The notes below the pieces were generated by a model. That model was not told where the DNA came from, searched no databases, and was given only the letters and a program-made list of their open reading frames with translations. The translations under genes and the position numbers were made by a program. DNA of 64,000 bases, taken from the NCBI GenBank assembly GCA_965223425.1, contig OZ245003.1, positions 2,304,001-2,368,000 of the forward strand, read 5' to 3'. Positions 35,101-45,249 of this stretch are shown piece by piece; the stretch's first letter is position 1; each line of letters opens with the position of its first letter. Source of the DNA: Nitrosopumilus sp. Its GTDB lineage: Archaea > Thermoproteota > Nitrososphaeria > Nitrososphaerales > Nitrosopumilaceae.

Positions 35101-36049
35101 CCTGTACTGCGCCCTGGTATATCACGCCAAGATGATACACCCCGCTTTTTGATTTGATGTAGTTTCTGTTATCGTCACCGATTTTCATATCATTGGCCAG
35201 GGTTCCGTTAAAAATTACTGAAGAGCCAAGCTGCGGAAAAAAAGAGTTATAGATTGGAATCTGGGTTCCATTCCCATCTTGGGACACGTCAAGAAAAACC
35301 CCGTCCTTTGATACGTAAGCTGAGGAGGTCATGTGGGGCGGTATGGGCCTGCTGTGATTTCGGATAACCTCATTCTCATCGATGAGCGCAAAGAAGGTTG
35401 CGTTTGTAAAGACAATTCCCTGGCCGTCAGGATCAAGCATTATGGGATGGTTCTTCTCGTCCCTGGCAAGAGAGTGCCGTATGTCTAGATTAGAAAAATC
35501 AACCCCGGTATCCACAACTGCAATTGTTGTTCCGTTTCCAGTGGCATTGTAGTTTTGTCGGGCAATGTCTGAGCGCGATATTTGGGCAATCCTGGACGCG
35601 TCGCTTGGAGGCTTGTCGCTTGGGGATTCGTCGTCAGCACCGTCAGAATGAAAGTCCAGCTGCAAGTCTTCGATCACATTATAACCTTGAGAGGCCAGAT
35701 TTGACGCGTTGCTCTCTGAAAGTATTGCCACATGGAAGAATCCGCTGCCGGAATTAACTCCATGCAGGGAGTTGTTTCTTAAGGAGCCAGAATTCCCAGG
35801 GGCCGTTCCAAAGATCAGATATCGCTTGAAGCTGTTTTCAGTAAAAAAATCAGAGTCAACCTTGATGATGTCTGAACTAAACTCAATTTGCCGTGTTGGC
35901 ATCTGTCCTTCTGGAATCACGTCTTCGGGAAGTAACGCAAAAGAATTTGTCAGTACGATTGAAAAAAGTACGACAGAAAAGAAAATCGCCACCTTGGGCA
36001 TCAATGGTTTTTCTTTTACAGCATTATTATAACTATCTTCTTCGTGCAA
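32144..36049 (-). CDS. Large membrane-anchored subtilisin-family (S8) protease
   Basis: VVDTG, HGT, GTSMAAP triad; AGN oxyanion motif; signal peptide and C-terminal TM. Confidence 0.93.
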   Translation of the reverse strand: MHEEDSYNNAVKEKPLMPKVAIFFSVVLFSIVLTNSFALLPEDVIPEGQMPTRQIEFSSDIIKVDSDFFTENSFKRYLIFGTAPGNSGSLRNNSLHGVNSGSGFFHVAILSESNASNLASQGYNVIEDLQLDFHSDGADDESPSDKPPSDASRIAQISRSDIARQNYNATGNGTTIAVVDTGVDFSNLDIRHSLARDEKNHPIMLDPDGQGIVFTNATFFALIDENEVIRNHSRPIPPHMTSSAYVSKDGVFLDVSQDGNGTQIPIYNSFFPQLGSSVIFNGTLANDMKIGDDNRNYIKSKSGVYHLGVIYQGAVQGPLARIQVVPVLVVDSFMPGVYDTIIPDLSTSWEDYTRFDLEPDEKPSYDFDFTDEKPIVLGSGNEFLVYDSNGDGKNDYSAGTFGAQVLDVYGVMQNKTAEIHDSIRAVNGTLLPALDPDGEFFGLMTDFAGHGTASAASIASRGHETYDIYNNTEKYTITGVAPDAKIVPVKALWFGDTVYGWLWSAGFDNAGHDWKFTGNPRVDIISNSWGVSAFPTFNASPGMDVLSLILGVLVTPHSLDDDYPGVTMVSSAGNSGHGYGTVGLPSVSPYGISVGATTNNVFVGYGPFKEQPRFGNTTSHYNHVVDFSSRGPGPVGDPKPDLMGVGAYGFTPSNVIKTQKDSKDESFSLFGGTSMAAPIVSGGAAVLIEVMKRQSQDADPFTVKNILMSTAADLENDPFTQGSGLVDVSSALDYVAGKNGSFIVYNDASYHNIKKILDPAMDSLNLTAIGFERFGLPSRSIPMTSWFAGQLLPGERSPATFTVVNPSENELTVDVMPKKLSLIAKTEFDGATAVRQQDSALNKSGSYIPNYVRLADVRQPSTLDEFFDDKDPIPDDSSLMVLSVNFPFDTFMNETSDMYAGDLRISSLYLYDWLDSNNDTEVTSDELSMVNRAGSWGTVQELRVTDPNEKFEGVPLVGVYPVPTRYSYWTGDTKMNSTSMDYTLSARYYQKENWPALWVESQQITVPPKASATVDVTLVAPSDLQTGAYQGFLSFEGERHSVNAPVSFVIKHLVDQNDSAVVIEGRQGDDVLYGNGYTKGAFDMVNRYMAGDWRQYYFDIQDESVNSAAIELSWLTDDTNLSVFVMDPSGRIVQTNVPSGVFGHFLGWASLDWLGVSGFSQGGGFFPVKNKDDTSTVLYVPINQTGTYTLLTHSTLFGGNSTTEPVTLAAKFTNISSQDAQAETTFGVADPSSLPPSTSPLPPLNDSNDTVAQTEPLPDFAQRNNPGDSDLSFNSGIALGVAAGVAIGIAVMFIMRQKQDK

Positions 36050-37016
36050 GAATTGTAATTTGCAGGGCTACAATGAGCCCAATTGACGCAATAATTGGCA
36101 GCATCAACGCGTTAAGCTGGGACGATGCCTCGCTGATGAATTTTACAGAACTGGAAATGGTTCCAATGTTTTCATCAATTTGGACACTGGCGCGTTCCAG
36201 GGTATCGTCGAACCCCTCAATTTCTGATTTTAGAGTGTCAAGCTCGCGTGAGGTCTCATCCAAAATTGAGTTGAGCTTGATTATTTCTTTGTTGATTCCG
36301 CCGAGATTCTGGCTCAGTACGTGGGTTGCGGCAAATCCTTTTGATATGACCCCCTCATTGAACACGGATATTTGAAAAACATGTGTTCCCTGCTGCTTTG
36401 GGGTAAAGTCAAGATAGTAGACCCCGGGATACAGCGTCTTAAACGAGTTTCTTATGGACAGGGACAGCCCGTCAGGCAGGTGAATCAAGGAATTTCCAAG
36501 CAGTTCTGAAGGGTTGTTTCCAATGTTTAATCCATCGCGGGTGGTTTGAACAAATACCCGAAATGACTGGTTTATTGCCCCAGTCTCTGGCGCAAATACA
36601 ACAGTGTCAATTCGTCGCTCTACTGCAACGGAGACCAGATCCGTTGTTGATGAAAATTTGATGTCTATTTTCTCAGATATTCCGTTTTGCTCAGTGCTTA
36701 GCACCTCGACAACATAGGTTCCGTAAGGCGTGGATGACGAGGGCTGGGGCCAAAGTAATAATTGATGGTTAAAAGACCCGTCGGGTTCAGTTTGTACCTG
36801 TTCAAATTTTGTAATCGACTCGTCTGGTGCAAACAGTCGCAATATCAGGCTCTCGCCGGGCAGGCCGGTTCCGTAAACTTGCAAGGCGTGATCCGGGGAA
36901 TACACCTTGCTGTTTGTAGAAGCCGCCAACCCTTCTGAAAAAGAACTTTGGGTTGGAAGCAAAAGGAACAGGAACAGGAACAGGAATGGAATGGAAAATA
37001 AAATGGCTGATTTCAT
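36033..37016 (-). CDS. Membrane-anchored surface protein with C-terminal coiled coil
   Basis: Signal peptide, beta-rich domains, coiled coil and C-terminal TM; directly downstream of the S-layer gene. Confidence 0.75.
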   Translation of the reverse strand: MKSAILFSIPFLFLFLFLLLPTQSSFSEGLAASTNSKVYSPDHALQVYGTGLPGESLILRLFAPDESITKFEQVQTEPDGSFNHQLLLWPQPSSSTPYGTYVVEVLSTEQNGISEKIDIKFSSTTDLVSVAVERRIDTVVFAPETGAINQSFRVFVQTTRDGLNIGNNPSELLGNSLIHLPDGLSLSIRNSFKTLYPGVYYLDFTPKQQGTHVFQISVFNEGVISKGFAATHVLSQNLGGINKEIIKLNSILDETSRELDTLKSEIEGFDDTLERASVQIDENIGTISSSVKFISEASSQLNALMLPIIASIGLIVALQITILARRR

Positions 37017-37089
37017 TTTAATTAACTGTCATTGTCCTACTAGATATTACTTCTGGAAAAATTGTCTATAACTTTCGTTAAGAATGATT

Positions 37090-37112
37090 CAAAAAAAGAA
37101 AAAAGGGAAAAT
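37090..37112 (-). terminator. Oligo-T terminator after the S-layer gene
   Basis: TTTTCCCTTTTTTCTTTTTTT on the minus strand about 12 nt after the stop. Confidence 0.55.
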
Positions 37113-37123
37113 TTGAACTAGTT

Positions 37124-40100
37124 CTAACTTACGTTGACAGTTGTACTAACTGGTGGCGATAGAGCCGTTGGATTATCAACAGACTCCCAGACAAATGCGG
37201 TTGTTGTGTAACTTCCTGAATTTGCTGGAATCCATGATAATGCCGGGCTGAATGATTGACCAGGATCTAATGTACCTGTAATCCATGCCAGTGATACTGT
37301 AACACCGTTACCATCCTGAACCTGTACCAAGTATGCAAACTGTTGCTTTTTATCCTGACCACTTGCCAAGTCAGCACTGATTTGTACCTGTTGATCAACG
37401 GAAACAGAATCTAAGCTGTTGCCGAATGCGTCAACTGTTCTCAAGTTAGTAGTTAATACTCTCTCGAGAGGTGGTACAACAGTACCGATTAGTGAAGTGG
37501 CAGTAATATCAAGTTCATCTCCAGTTGTGTATGGCTTGGGTAGTGTATTGTCCTCATATTCTGCAGTGACTGTGTCACCTTCTGCGACTCTGAGTCTGTG
37601 GCCGGATGATTCGTCAGTAATTGTGAAGAACACAGTACCTTCGAAAATTCCGGTTGCCTCATTAGTCTCAGTTACAGTAAGGTCAATACCTCCGGCATCA
37701 GAGTCAGAAAACACATTGACATGGAAGTTGTCAACTGCTTCTGGATCCAAGTTCATGTCTGGATCAATTACTCTTATAACACCTGTTCCGCTAGCTGGAT
37801 AGCTTGCTTCAAGCCACTGGACTTCACCAATGTTCCATCTGATAAGTGATGAACCAATTACAGTTTCACCATCTGAGAATTCAAAGGACACTGTAAGTCC
37901 ATCATCGTCATCAGATTCTAGGAATCCGCCTGTTGGACCTGATCCAGTTGTTCGTGGATTGGTATCCTCTGTACTATCACCGTCTGCATCGTGTGCAAAT
38001 CCAGTAAGGATAACCTCACCAGTAAAGATGCCTGTGTCAGTACCAGTTTCGACTAGCTTGTAGTTGTCAAGATCAAATCCTCTGGTTGAAACCTTTATTG
38101 GGTCATTCTCAGATTCTCCGATTTCGTCAACTAAATCACTGTCAAAGTTGTGGTCTGGTGCGACAATGGTAATGTAGACTTTATCAGTCCATGTGTAAAC
38201 TTTTTGGTCAAGTTCTATAGTTGCACCGAAGTTTGAAGTATAGACTGTCAAGTTGATATCTTCATCTTCATCACCTACATAGTTGGCGCCACTTGGACCC
38301 CAATCAGTGTATTCTAAGCCAATCTCCTCACCTCGATCTAAATCTTCATTGGCTATAGCATCAGGAATTTCAATCACTACCTGGAAGATACCAGTAGAAT
38401 CGCCTGTCTCTCTAAGAGCAGATGGTTCTGGGTCAAATGCGAGATGATGCTTATCATCACCACCACCTATGGAACCCATGGTCATGGTTGCTGCATCTGA
38501 ATCCCACTCAATCAAGTCAAGAGAATATGTCTCAGCACCATCATTGTCAAGATCGAAGTCTGGCTCAATGAGAGTCAAGATCATGTCGGATCCAATTAGG
38601 TACACAGATTTGTCGGATTGTAAGACACCGTTTCTAAGGTCAAATGTAGCTGAATCAGTTACAGTATTTGGAGAACCTGAGGCATCAGTAGGATCAGCAT
38701 ATTCCACAGTGAGAATATCTCCCTGTAAGATACAGTGTTGTGAATTGCTCCCCTCAATATGAGATACTGCTTTGGTATTGCTTTCTGGACATGTAGGCGA
38801 TTCAGGACCGTCGGTGTACGCTATAGGAATGTCAATCTCAAAGATTCCAGCAGTTGGTTCAATTTCTACGATTGGACCGAACTCTTTGGTAATTTTTTTG
38901 TTAGGATTTTCAGGATCTGGTTTTTGAATAGCTTCACCTATAGTTATCCGGGTCAGTTCATCTTCAACGTATTGCTGAATTGCATCACTGTCTGAACCGG
39001 CTGTTCCAAGTAGAACAGTATCGCCACCTCTAGTAACCATAACCTTTACTGGGCCATGGATATCTGATTCGGCAATTTTGTCCTGACCACTCCCAGATAC
39101 ATCATAGTCCGGATCATTGACTCTGATGTGAATCATGAGTTGACCGTTATCTAGATGTTCTCCTTCACCTGCTGTATCATGTACTGCAAAGAAAGAACCA
39201 TCATTTTCATCGTCTGTGAAGTTACCTGGCATACCAAATGGTACTGGATAGACAGTTCTGTCAAGAGATATAGAACCAGTATTGGCTCTAATTCCTGCAC
39301 TGTCTCCAACTTCAATCTCTTCACCTGAAGAATCTCTAAAGTCTTGATAGTTTACTTCTATGTCAAGACCGGTTACAGTAACAGCTATGTCATCTGGAGT
39401 ACAGTATTCTTCTGGAACTTGGAAATTAGTGGTAAAGACGCCTGTGTCTACACCGGTTTCTTGCAAACTGCCAATGGCAGAGCCAAAGCCTTCATTGTGG
39501 ATAGGAGAACATCGCTCCCATGGCTTGTCATCAAAGGTAACATCCAAGAGTAAGGATCTGTCAGATCCTATAGTATCACCTGTAACAGTATAGATGTCTT
39601 TTACGTCACTATCAGTATTAAGGTCTCTATCCTCTAATGTGATTGTGACAGTATCAGCTACCTTGTAATTATCACTGTCAAATGATACGACACCGGAATA
39701 TGTTGGAGCATTAATTTTGTCAGATGTCTGAGTCTTTACACCTTGACCATCACGATCAAGATAAATCATCTCAACTCCGTCCTCGTCAGTCAAATCCTCA
39801 TGTACAATAATATCCAACTCATCACTAATGGTTGCAAGTCCATCGTATGTATCATGCTCGTAGATATTGATTTGATTTAGCATGATATATTCAACTGTTC
39901 CGCTATATACACCAGTGTTTACATCAGTTTCTTCTGCTTCAAATCTGTAGATTGCGTCATTGTATCTTGTACCATCATTTGATTGTCCAAATGTGAAAAT
40001 ATCCAATAAGATATTGAACGTTTCACCACCACCGCTTAAACCTGTATCAATCTCGATAGTGAGATTGCCAGTAAAGTTAGCAGTTGAACTATCTGCGGTA

Positions 40101-42220
40101 TATAGATCCAGACCTTGATCTGAATTTGACAATGTCATGCTACCATCTCCTCCTGTTAGTCTGATCTCAGTAGCGCTCAAAGATCTAACATCATAATTGA
40201 TAAGTTGAAAAACACCATTAGTGTTTACCAAATCATCAAGGATACTAGAATCAATGTTAGTTGAGATTGTTACTGTAGGATTAGCAGTAAGTGTAATACC
40301 ACTAGTATCAATACTCAATATATTATCAAACGCTCCTACAGTAGAAGCGATCATAACATTACCGCTACCTCCAAGAACATTTAGCCTGTCATTTAGAACA
40401 TCAACTCTTTGTTGTGCATCCATTTCTGCAGTTTGTGCAACAGCTAAGGCATCAAGTGTCTTTTGCTGCGTAGCATTGTAGACTAACAAACTAAGTGCAG
40501 TGTTAATTTCCGCTAATCGTTCTTCAGCATTACGTTTAGCATTAATAGCTGCACCTACCTCACCTGGTTCACCAGAACGGTCTAGAGTCATTTGGGCCGC
40601 GTCTCTGTCAGCAATCTGATTTGTCATATTTGCAATCAAAGCAGCAGCTCCAACCTCTGCGTATACAGTATCTGCTGCTGTCTTGTTGCCATTAACAAAG
40701 CCTTGTGCCAGAGTTAATGCGGCATTAGCATCATTCAAATCACTTTGGAGTTCGGTAGTATCAGTAGTGCCTTGTATCATTACTTGTGTTGTACCTTCAA
40801 GTGTTTGTGGATTTCCAATTGAAATACTTGGAATTGATTCAAATGCACTGGATGCAACACTAAAGTCGTCATCAAGTAGGGAGTTTTTGTTCTCATCAGG
40901 ATCAAGTATGTTGACAGTCAGTGATTCGCCTGAACCCCAGTCTGCGTCAATACTTGATAGATCCATAGTTACGCTACCTGCTAAGAATGAGACTAGTCTG
41001 TTGATTGTTGTATCGTTATAGTCTATTTCAAAGTCAAGATCACGCAAGTCTGTCTCACTAGTCGTTGTCAGTGAAGACACATCACCATTGTCAGTATTTG
41101 AAAAGATACCAGAGTTTGGTTCTGTTTCTTGTACTGTGACAAGAGGTGAAGTTACAAGATCCGTTGAATACGGTGAAAGTTCTCTACGGTCTTGATAACC
41201 GTTATCCTCAACCATCAAGATTTCTTCCTCGATGTCGTCAGAGTTTGGACTTAGATCAATGAAAAGAAAACCATTATCACCGTAGAATGCGTTATTCAAT
41301 TCTGTTTTGTAATCTTTCAATTGGTTGGTGTTATCGATTGTAATAGATCCACTTTCATCAAACAAGTAATAGTATGCTGCATTGCTACCATCAGTATTAA
41401 ATGTCCAAGTATCTTCATCAGTTGGATCAATGTTTAATTGATTATCACTGATTGTTAAGTGGACATCAGCACCGTGTGGATAGCTTTCTCTATCCAAAGA
41501 GAAATCTGCAAAGTCGTCCATAGATTCGTCATAAATCACAGTGATTTTCTGGTTACTTCCACCTGAATGATAGATGACATCAATTGTAGCGTCATCTGTA
41601 AAGTCATTCCATGTTTGGATAAATGGCCAAACATTTATGTTGTTTAAACCATTGTTACCAAAAGTAGTACCAGGAAAGTCAAGATTACCATTACGATTAC
41701 TATTTGCTTCTTTTGCATTTCTTAGTACGTTTAATGTTTCCACAGCATTAGGTGTTTCACAGTTACTTCCAGACACATAGACTATAGTACCAACATCAAA
41801 ATCTTCGCCAATAAGACGATTAGCTTGTACATCGGTACATTCTGTACCAAAATCTAAACCAATATTGTTAAGAGTAGTAGCATTGTTACCATTATCAACT
41901 GCTTTTACATTGTCAGTATGCGCAACATATGCATACCAATAACCATCAGTTGCCTGAACCATTCTAAGATCATTGCCGTCAAAAGTTACATCAGGTTCTG
42001 CCTCATCTTCATCAGTTTCTGATAAATTGGGATCCCTTACAATAACTTCAACGACCATTGGTCCGCCAAATGTGGTAGTTGATACATACAGATTTGCTGT
42101 CTCTTTAGATTCAGCGCTAACATCAGGCATGATACCAGGGATTGCAAACGTCATTCCGCCTGCAACCATGATAGTCATTAATGTTAAACTAGTTATTTTT
42201 CGTTGTATTTCGTTATTCAT
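37124..42220 (-). CDS. slaA: S-layer protein (Nitrosopumilus SlaA type)
   Basis: MNNEIQRKITSLTLMTIM start, repeated ETG.DTGIF.G Ig-like motifs, acidic composition, C-terminal AFVWES..NPTALSPP; start placed at 42220 by family N-terminus and TATA spacing. Confidence 0.9.
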   Translation of the reverse strand: MNNEIQRKITSLTLMTIMVAGGMTFAIPGIMPDVSAESKETANLYVSTTTFGGPMVVEVIVRDPNLSETDEDEAEPDVTFDGNDLRMVQATDGYWYAYVAHTDNVKAVDNGNNATTLNNIGLDFGTECTDVQANRLIGEDFDVGTIVYVSGSNCETPNAVETLNVLRNAKEANSNRNGNLDFPGTTFGNNGLNNINVWPFIQTWNDFTDDATIDVIYHSGGSNQKITVIYDESMDDFADFSLDRESYPHGADVHLTISDNQLNIDPTDEDTWTFNTDGSNAAYYYLFDESGSITIDNTNQLKDYKTELNNAFYGDNGFLFIDLSPNSDDIEEEILMVEDNGYQDRRELSPYSTDLVTSPLVTVQETEPNSGIFSNTDNGDVSSLTTTSETDLRDLDFEIDYNDTTINRLVSFLAGSVTMDLSSIDADWGSGESLTVNILDPDENKNSLLDDDFSVASSAFESIPSISIGNPQTLEGTTQVMIQGTTDTTELQSDLNDANAALTLAQGFVNGNKTAADTVYAEVGAAALIANMTNQIADRDAAQMTLDRSGEPGEVGAAINAKRNAEERLAEINTALSLLVYNATQQKTLDALAVAQTAEMDAQQRVDVLNDRLNVLGGSGNVMIASTVGAFDNILSIDTSGITLTANPTVTISTNIDSSILDDLVNTNGVFQLINYDVRSLSATEIRLTGGDGSMTLSNSDQGLDLYTADSSTANFTGNLTIEIDTGLSGGGETFNILLDIFTFGQSNDGTRYNDAIYRFEAEETDVNTGVYSGTVEYIMLNQINIYEHDTYDGLATISDELDIIVHEDLTDEDGVEMIYLDRDGQGVKTQTSDKINAPTYSGVVSFDSDNYKVADTVTITLEDRDLNTDSDVKDIYTVTGDTIGSDRSLLLDVTFDDKPWERCSPIHNEGFGSAIGSLQETGVDTGVFTTNFQVPEEYCTPDDIAVTVTGLDIEVNYQDFRDSSGEEIEVGDSAGIRANTGSISLDRTVYPVPFGMPGNFTDDENDGSFFAVHDTAGEGEHLDNGQLMIHIRVNDPDYDVSGSGQDKIAESDIHGPVKVMVTRGGDTVLLGTAGSDSDAIQQYVEDELTRITIGEAIQKPDPENPNKKITKEFGPIVEIEPTAGIFEIDIPIAYTDGPESPTCPESNTKAVSHIEGSNSQHCILQGDILTVEYADPTDASGSPNTVTDSATFDLRNGVLQSDKSVYLIGSDMILTLIEPDFDLDNDGAETYSLDLIEWDSDAATMTMGSIGGGDDKHHLAFDPEPSALRETGDSTGIFQVVIEIPDAIANEDLDRGEEIGLEYTDWGPSGANYVGDEDEDINLTVYTSNFGATIELDQKVYTWTDKVYITIVAPDHNFDSDLVDEIGESENDPIKVSTRGFDLDNYKLVETGTDTGIFTGEVILTGFAHDADGDSTEDTNPRTTGSGPTGGFLESDDDDGLTVSFEFSDGETVIGSSLIRWNIGEVQWLEASYPASGTGVIRVIDPDMNLDPEAVDNFHVNVFSDSDAGGIDLTVTETNEATGIFEGTVFFTITDESSGHRLRVAEGDTVTAEYEDNTLPKPYTTGDELDITATSLIGTVVPPLERVLTTNLRTVDAFGNSLDSVSVDQQVQISADLASGQDKKQQFAYLVQVQDGNGVTVSLAWITGTLDPGQSFSPALSWIPANSGSYTTTAFVWESVDNPTALSPPVSTTVNVS

Positions 42221-42247
42221 GTTATTGAGTTTTTTCTTCATAGTTAG

Positions 42248-42275
42248 TATTTAAAACTAATGGACAAATTGTCCA
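42248..42275 (-). promoter_or_regulatory. slaA TATA box plus upstream 15-bp palindrome
   Basis: TTTTAAATA at 42256-42248; TGGACAA-A-TTGTCCA at 42261-42275. Confidence 0.55.
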
Positions 42276-42424
42276 CAATTATAGAATTTTTTGATTAAAT
42301 TTCCAAATTTAATGAAATTATTTGAAGTTTGCGTTATAAAAATTACACTTTATTCCATAAACTGCAGTATGATCGTTAAATTTTTTATATTTTGCCTGTA
42401 ATTCATGAAATTTTTACAGCCTGT

Positions 42425-43759
42425 TTATGCCTTGGTCTCATTGCCCAGCAGGCCTTTGTACAGTGCTACGGCATCAGCCTCGTCTTTTGGCCCCACAACA
42501 ACTGCAGAGCCCCTTTTCATAAAACTGACAGAGAGATCATTTGTCCTCATGGACAATCCCAAGTCGCCTTGGTTCTCCACTGTAAAGCCTTTTTGTTTTG
42601 CAGCTGCAGTGATGCCCTCAACATCAAGATCAAGTGTCTGGGTCGGGGTAATGGAAAAGGTTCTCCTTCCGCGGTTTCGTCCGCACAGCTCCTCTAGAAT
42701 CAGCTCCTCTTTTTGTACGGCCTCTTCAGGTTTTCCTGTTCCGCAGACTGGACACTCGTCGGCTCTGAACGTTTTAGTACTGTTAAAGTCCAGACTTTCC
42801 AAATCAATATGCAAAATTCTTTCAGACAAGCTTGGTTTTTTTCCAGTGACAATCTTTACAGCTTCTGCAACTTCGATTCCTCCAACCAGTGAAAGTATCG
42901 GCGGATGAACCCCCTCAATGCTGCATGTCGGCATTGTGTCCCCGTCCAGTTCCGGAAACATGCAATAGTAGCACGCAGACTCTTTTGGCAGAACCGTGAA
43001 GGCCTGTCCTGAGACTCCGACTGCAGCTCCTGTTACAAAAGGAATTCCAAGATCCACACAAGCTTTGTTTAGCGCATACCTGGCATCAACGCTGTCAAGT
43101 GCGTCAATGACGACATCGCATCCGCTGACTACTTCTGGTGCAGTGTAGTCATTTACAGATACGGCCAACGCCTCGATTTTACAGTCAGGATTTAGTTTCT
43201 GTAATTTTTTTGCAGCCACTTCCACCTTTACCTGGCCGACATCATCCTCATCAAACATGGTTTGCCTGTGCAGGTTGGACAGCTCTATTACATCCCTGTC
43301 TACAATGCGTAATGTGCCGACACCCATTGCAGCTAACCGCGATGTGATCGGATTGCCAAGACCGCCGGTTCCCACAACACAGACCTTGGAGTTTTTCAGC
43401 TTTAGCTGTCCCTGATAGCCAATCTCTTCAAGCATCACTTGCCTGGAGAACCTGTCCAGCTCCTTTGGAGACAGCTCCCCAGAGCCGCCGGCCACTGCAG
43501 GCAGGATGTAGATCTCATCACCGTCCTTTAGGGCAGTCTGCATGCCGTCAGAAAACTTGGCATTTTTTCCGTTGATGTAAATGTTAATCAGCGAGCGCGG
43601 CTTGCCGTTGCCCTCCAGAACCCTGCGCCTGAAATCATCGCCCATTACCTCAGACATTATCACAAATGCGTCATGAAGGGAGTCAGCTGAGATGTCCGTT
43701 CTCTTTTCGCCGCCTCCCTGGTTTAGTACCGAGGGAACGGTAAATACAATGTCTGCCAT
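42425..43759 (-). CDS. MoaD/ThiS - MoeB/ThiF (E1-like adenylyltransferase) fusion
   Basis: ILPAVAGG ubiquitin-like end, then RFSRQ, GTGGLG, SNLHRQ, two CxxC. Confidence 0.92.
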   Translation of the reverse strand: MADIVFTVPSVLNQGGGEKRTDISADSLHDAFVIMSEVMGDDFRRRVLEGNGKPRSLINIYINGKNAKFSDGMQTALKDGDEIYILPAVAGGSGELSPKELDRFSRQVMLEEIGYQGQLKLKNSKVCVVGTGGLGNPITSRLAAMGVGTLRIVDRDVIELSNLHRQTMFDEDDVGQVKVEVAAKKLQKLNPDCKIEALAVSVNDYTAPEVVSGCDVVIDALDSVDARYALNKACVDLGIPFVTGAAVGVSGQAFTVLPKESACYYCMFPELDGDTMPTCSIEGVHPPILSLVGGIEVAEAVKIVTGKKPSLSERILHIDLESLDFNSTKTFRADECPVCGTGKPEEAVQKEELILEELCGRNRGRRTFSITPTQTLDLDVEGITAAAKQKGFTVENQGDLGLSMRTNDLSVSFMKRGSAVVVGPKDEADAVALYKGLLGNETKA

Positions 43760-43760
43760 A

Positions 43761-44975
43761 CTATTGGACTACCGCCGATATTTCACTTACGTCTGCCTTC
43801 ATCACGTCGGGTTTGGGCAGAACCTCCATGACTGATTCGGTGGCCTTCAAACCGTTTCCGGTGACGTAGCACACTACAGAGTCATCCTTGTCAATCTTGC
43901 CTTGCTTGACCATCTTTTGCAGCACTGCAACAGAGACACCGCCGGCAGGTTCTGTAAATATTCCCTCAGTTCTTGCAAGCAGCAAAATTGCATCAAGGAT
44001 CTCCTTGTTGCTTGACTCTTCGGCAAACCCGTTGTATTGCTGCAAACGTTTTAGAACGTACCTCCCGTCACCGGGATCGCCAATGGCCAGACTCTTTGCC
44101 ACAGTGTCAGGATGCTCTACAGGGACTACGTCTTTGCTGTTTTTCTTAAACGCATCAACGATTGGCGCGCATCCGCGGGGCTGCGCTGCGATCATGCGCA
44201 TGCCAGAAACATCGCCAAGCAGTGAAACATGCTGCAGCTCCTCAAAGCCCTTGCAGACTGCATTAAGCATTGCCCCGCTCCCTACCGGAACTATCAGCTG
44301 ATCAGGCACTTGCCAGCCAAGCTGTTCTGCAACCTCGTAGGCCAGGGTTTTTGAGCCTTCCACATAATGGGAGCGCATGTTAATGTTTACAATTCCAATT
44401 CCCTTGCTGTCGCCGATTTGTGCGGCGACTCTGTTTGCATCATCATATGTCCCATCCACTGCAATGTAGTTTGCGCCATATGACAGCGCTTGTGTGATCT
44501 TTGCCATCTCAATGTTGCTTGGCGCAAACACATGACATGGAAATCCCCCCTTGGCAGCATGTGCTGCAGTGGCAGATGCCAGGTTTCCAGTAGACGCGCA
44601 TCCCACTGCAGACAGCCCAAACTCTTTTGCTTTTGATATTGCAACCCCCGCAGGCCTGTCCTTGAATGAAAAGGTCGGGTTTACAGAGTCATTTTTGATG
44701 TAGAGGTTTTTTAGTCCCAGTTTCTCCCCCAGATTATCGGCCCTGATCAGCGGAGTCATTCCAGCACCGATGCTAACAATGTTTGACTTGCTCTCTATTG
44801 GGAGCAGCTCAAAATATCGCCAATAGTTGTGCCCACGGCCAGAAAACGTATCCTTTGAGACCGGCGGAAAGTCATACCCCACGTCAAGCGGGCCAAAACA
44901 GTCATCGCAGACATACTTGAAGGCAGAATCATACTGCCTCTTGCATTCTCTGCACTGTAGGTATGTTCTAGCCAA
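43761..44975 (-). CDS. thrC: Threonine synthase
   Basis: NPTFSFKDR PLP lysine, CASTGN, VPVGSG, TEPAG, TGNGLK. Confidence 0.88.
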   Translation of the reverse strand: MARTYLQCRECKRQYDSAFKYVCDDCFGPLDVGYDFPPVSKDTFSGRGHNYWRYFELLPIESKSNIVSIGAGMTPLIRADNLGEKLGLKNLYIKNDSVNPTFSFKDRPAGVAISKAKEFGLSAVGCASTGNLASATAAHAAKGGFPCHVFAPSNIEMAKITQALSYGANYIAVDGTYDDANRVAAQIGDSKGIGIVNINMRSHYVEGSKTLAYEVAEQLGWQVPDQLIVPVGSGAMLNAVCKGFEELQHVSLLGDVSGMRMIAAQPRGCAPIVDAFKKNSKDVVPVEHPDTVAKSLAIGDPGDGRYVLKRLQQYNGFAEESSNKEILDAILLLARTEGIFTEPAGGVSVAVLQKMVKQGKIDKDDSVVCYVTGNGLKATESVMEVLPKPDVMKADVSEISAVVQ

Positions 44976-45249
44976 GACTAGCTTCTCCTGTTAAATTGTA
45001 CATAAAAAATCCTAATATCAAGTTAAGTATTGCTTAATTTTAATGCTTAGAAAATTTAATAAAAAAAGCCGTCCGCAGGCGGGAAAAATCCATGCAAAAA
45101 AGGAAACTTTGAGAAAAATCCAAAAAAATCGAGTTTTAATGGATTTTTCATTGATTGGGAGGGTGTGGTACAACACTGACGAATCTCAAAAATTGTGCAA
45201 AAGTGCTAGTCTCCGTCGTACTTGCCTTTGAGCGTTTCTTTCAGGCATT

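Noticed and set aside
42425-43759. MoaD-MoeB fusion as a ubiquitin-like defence system
   Set aside because: Core-like GC, coupled to thrC, no E2 or JAB partner; consistent with housekeeping sulfur transfer.
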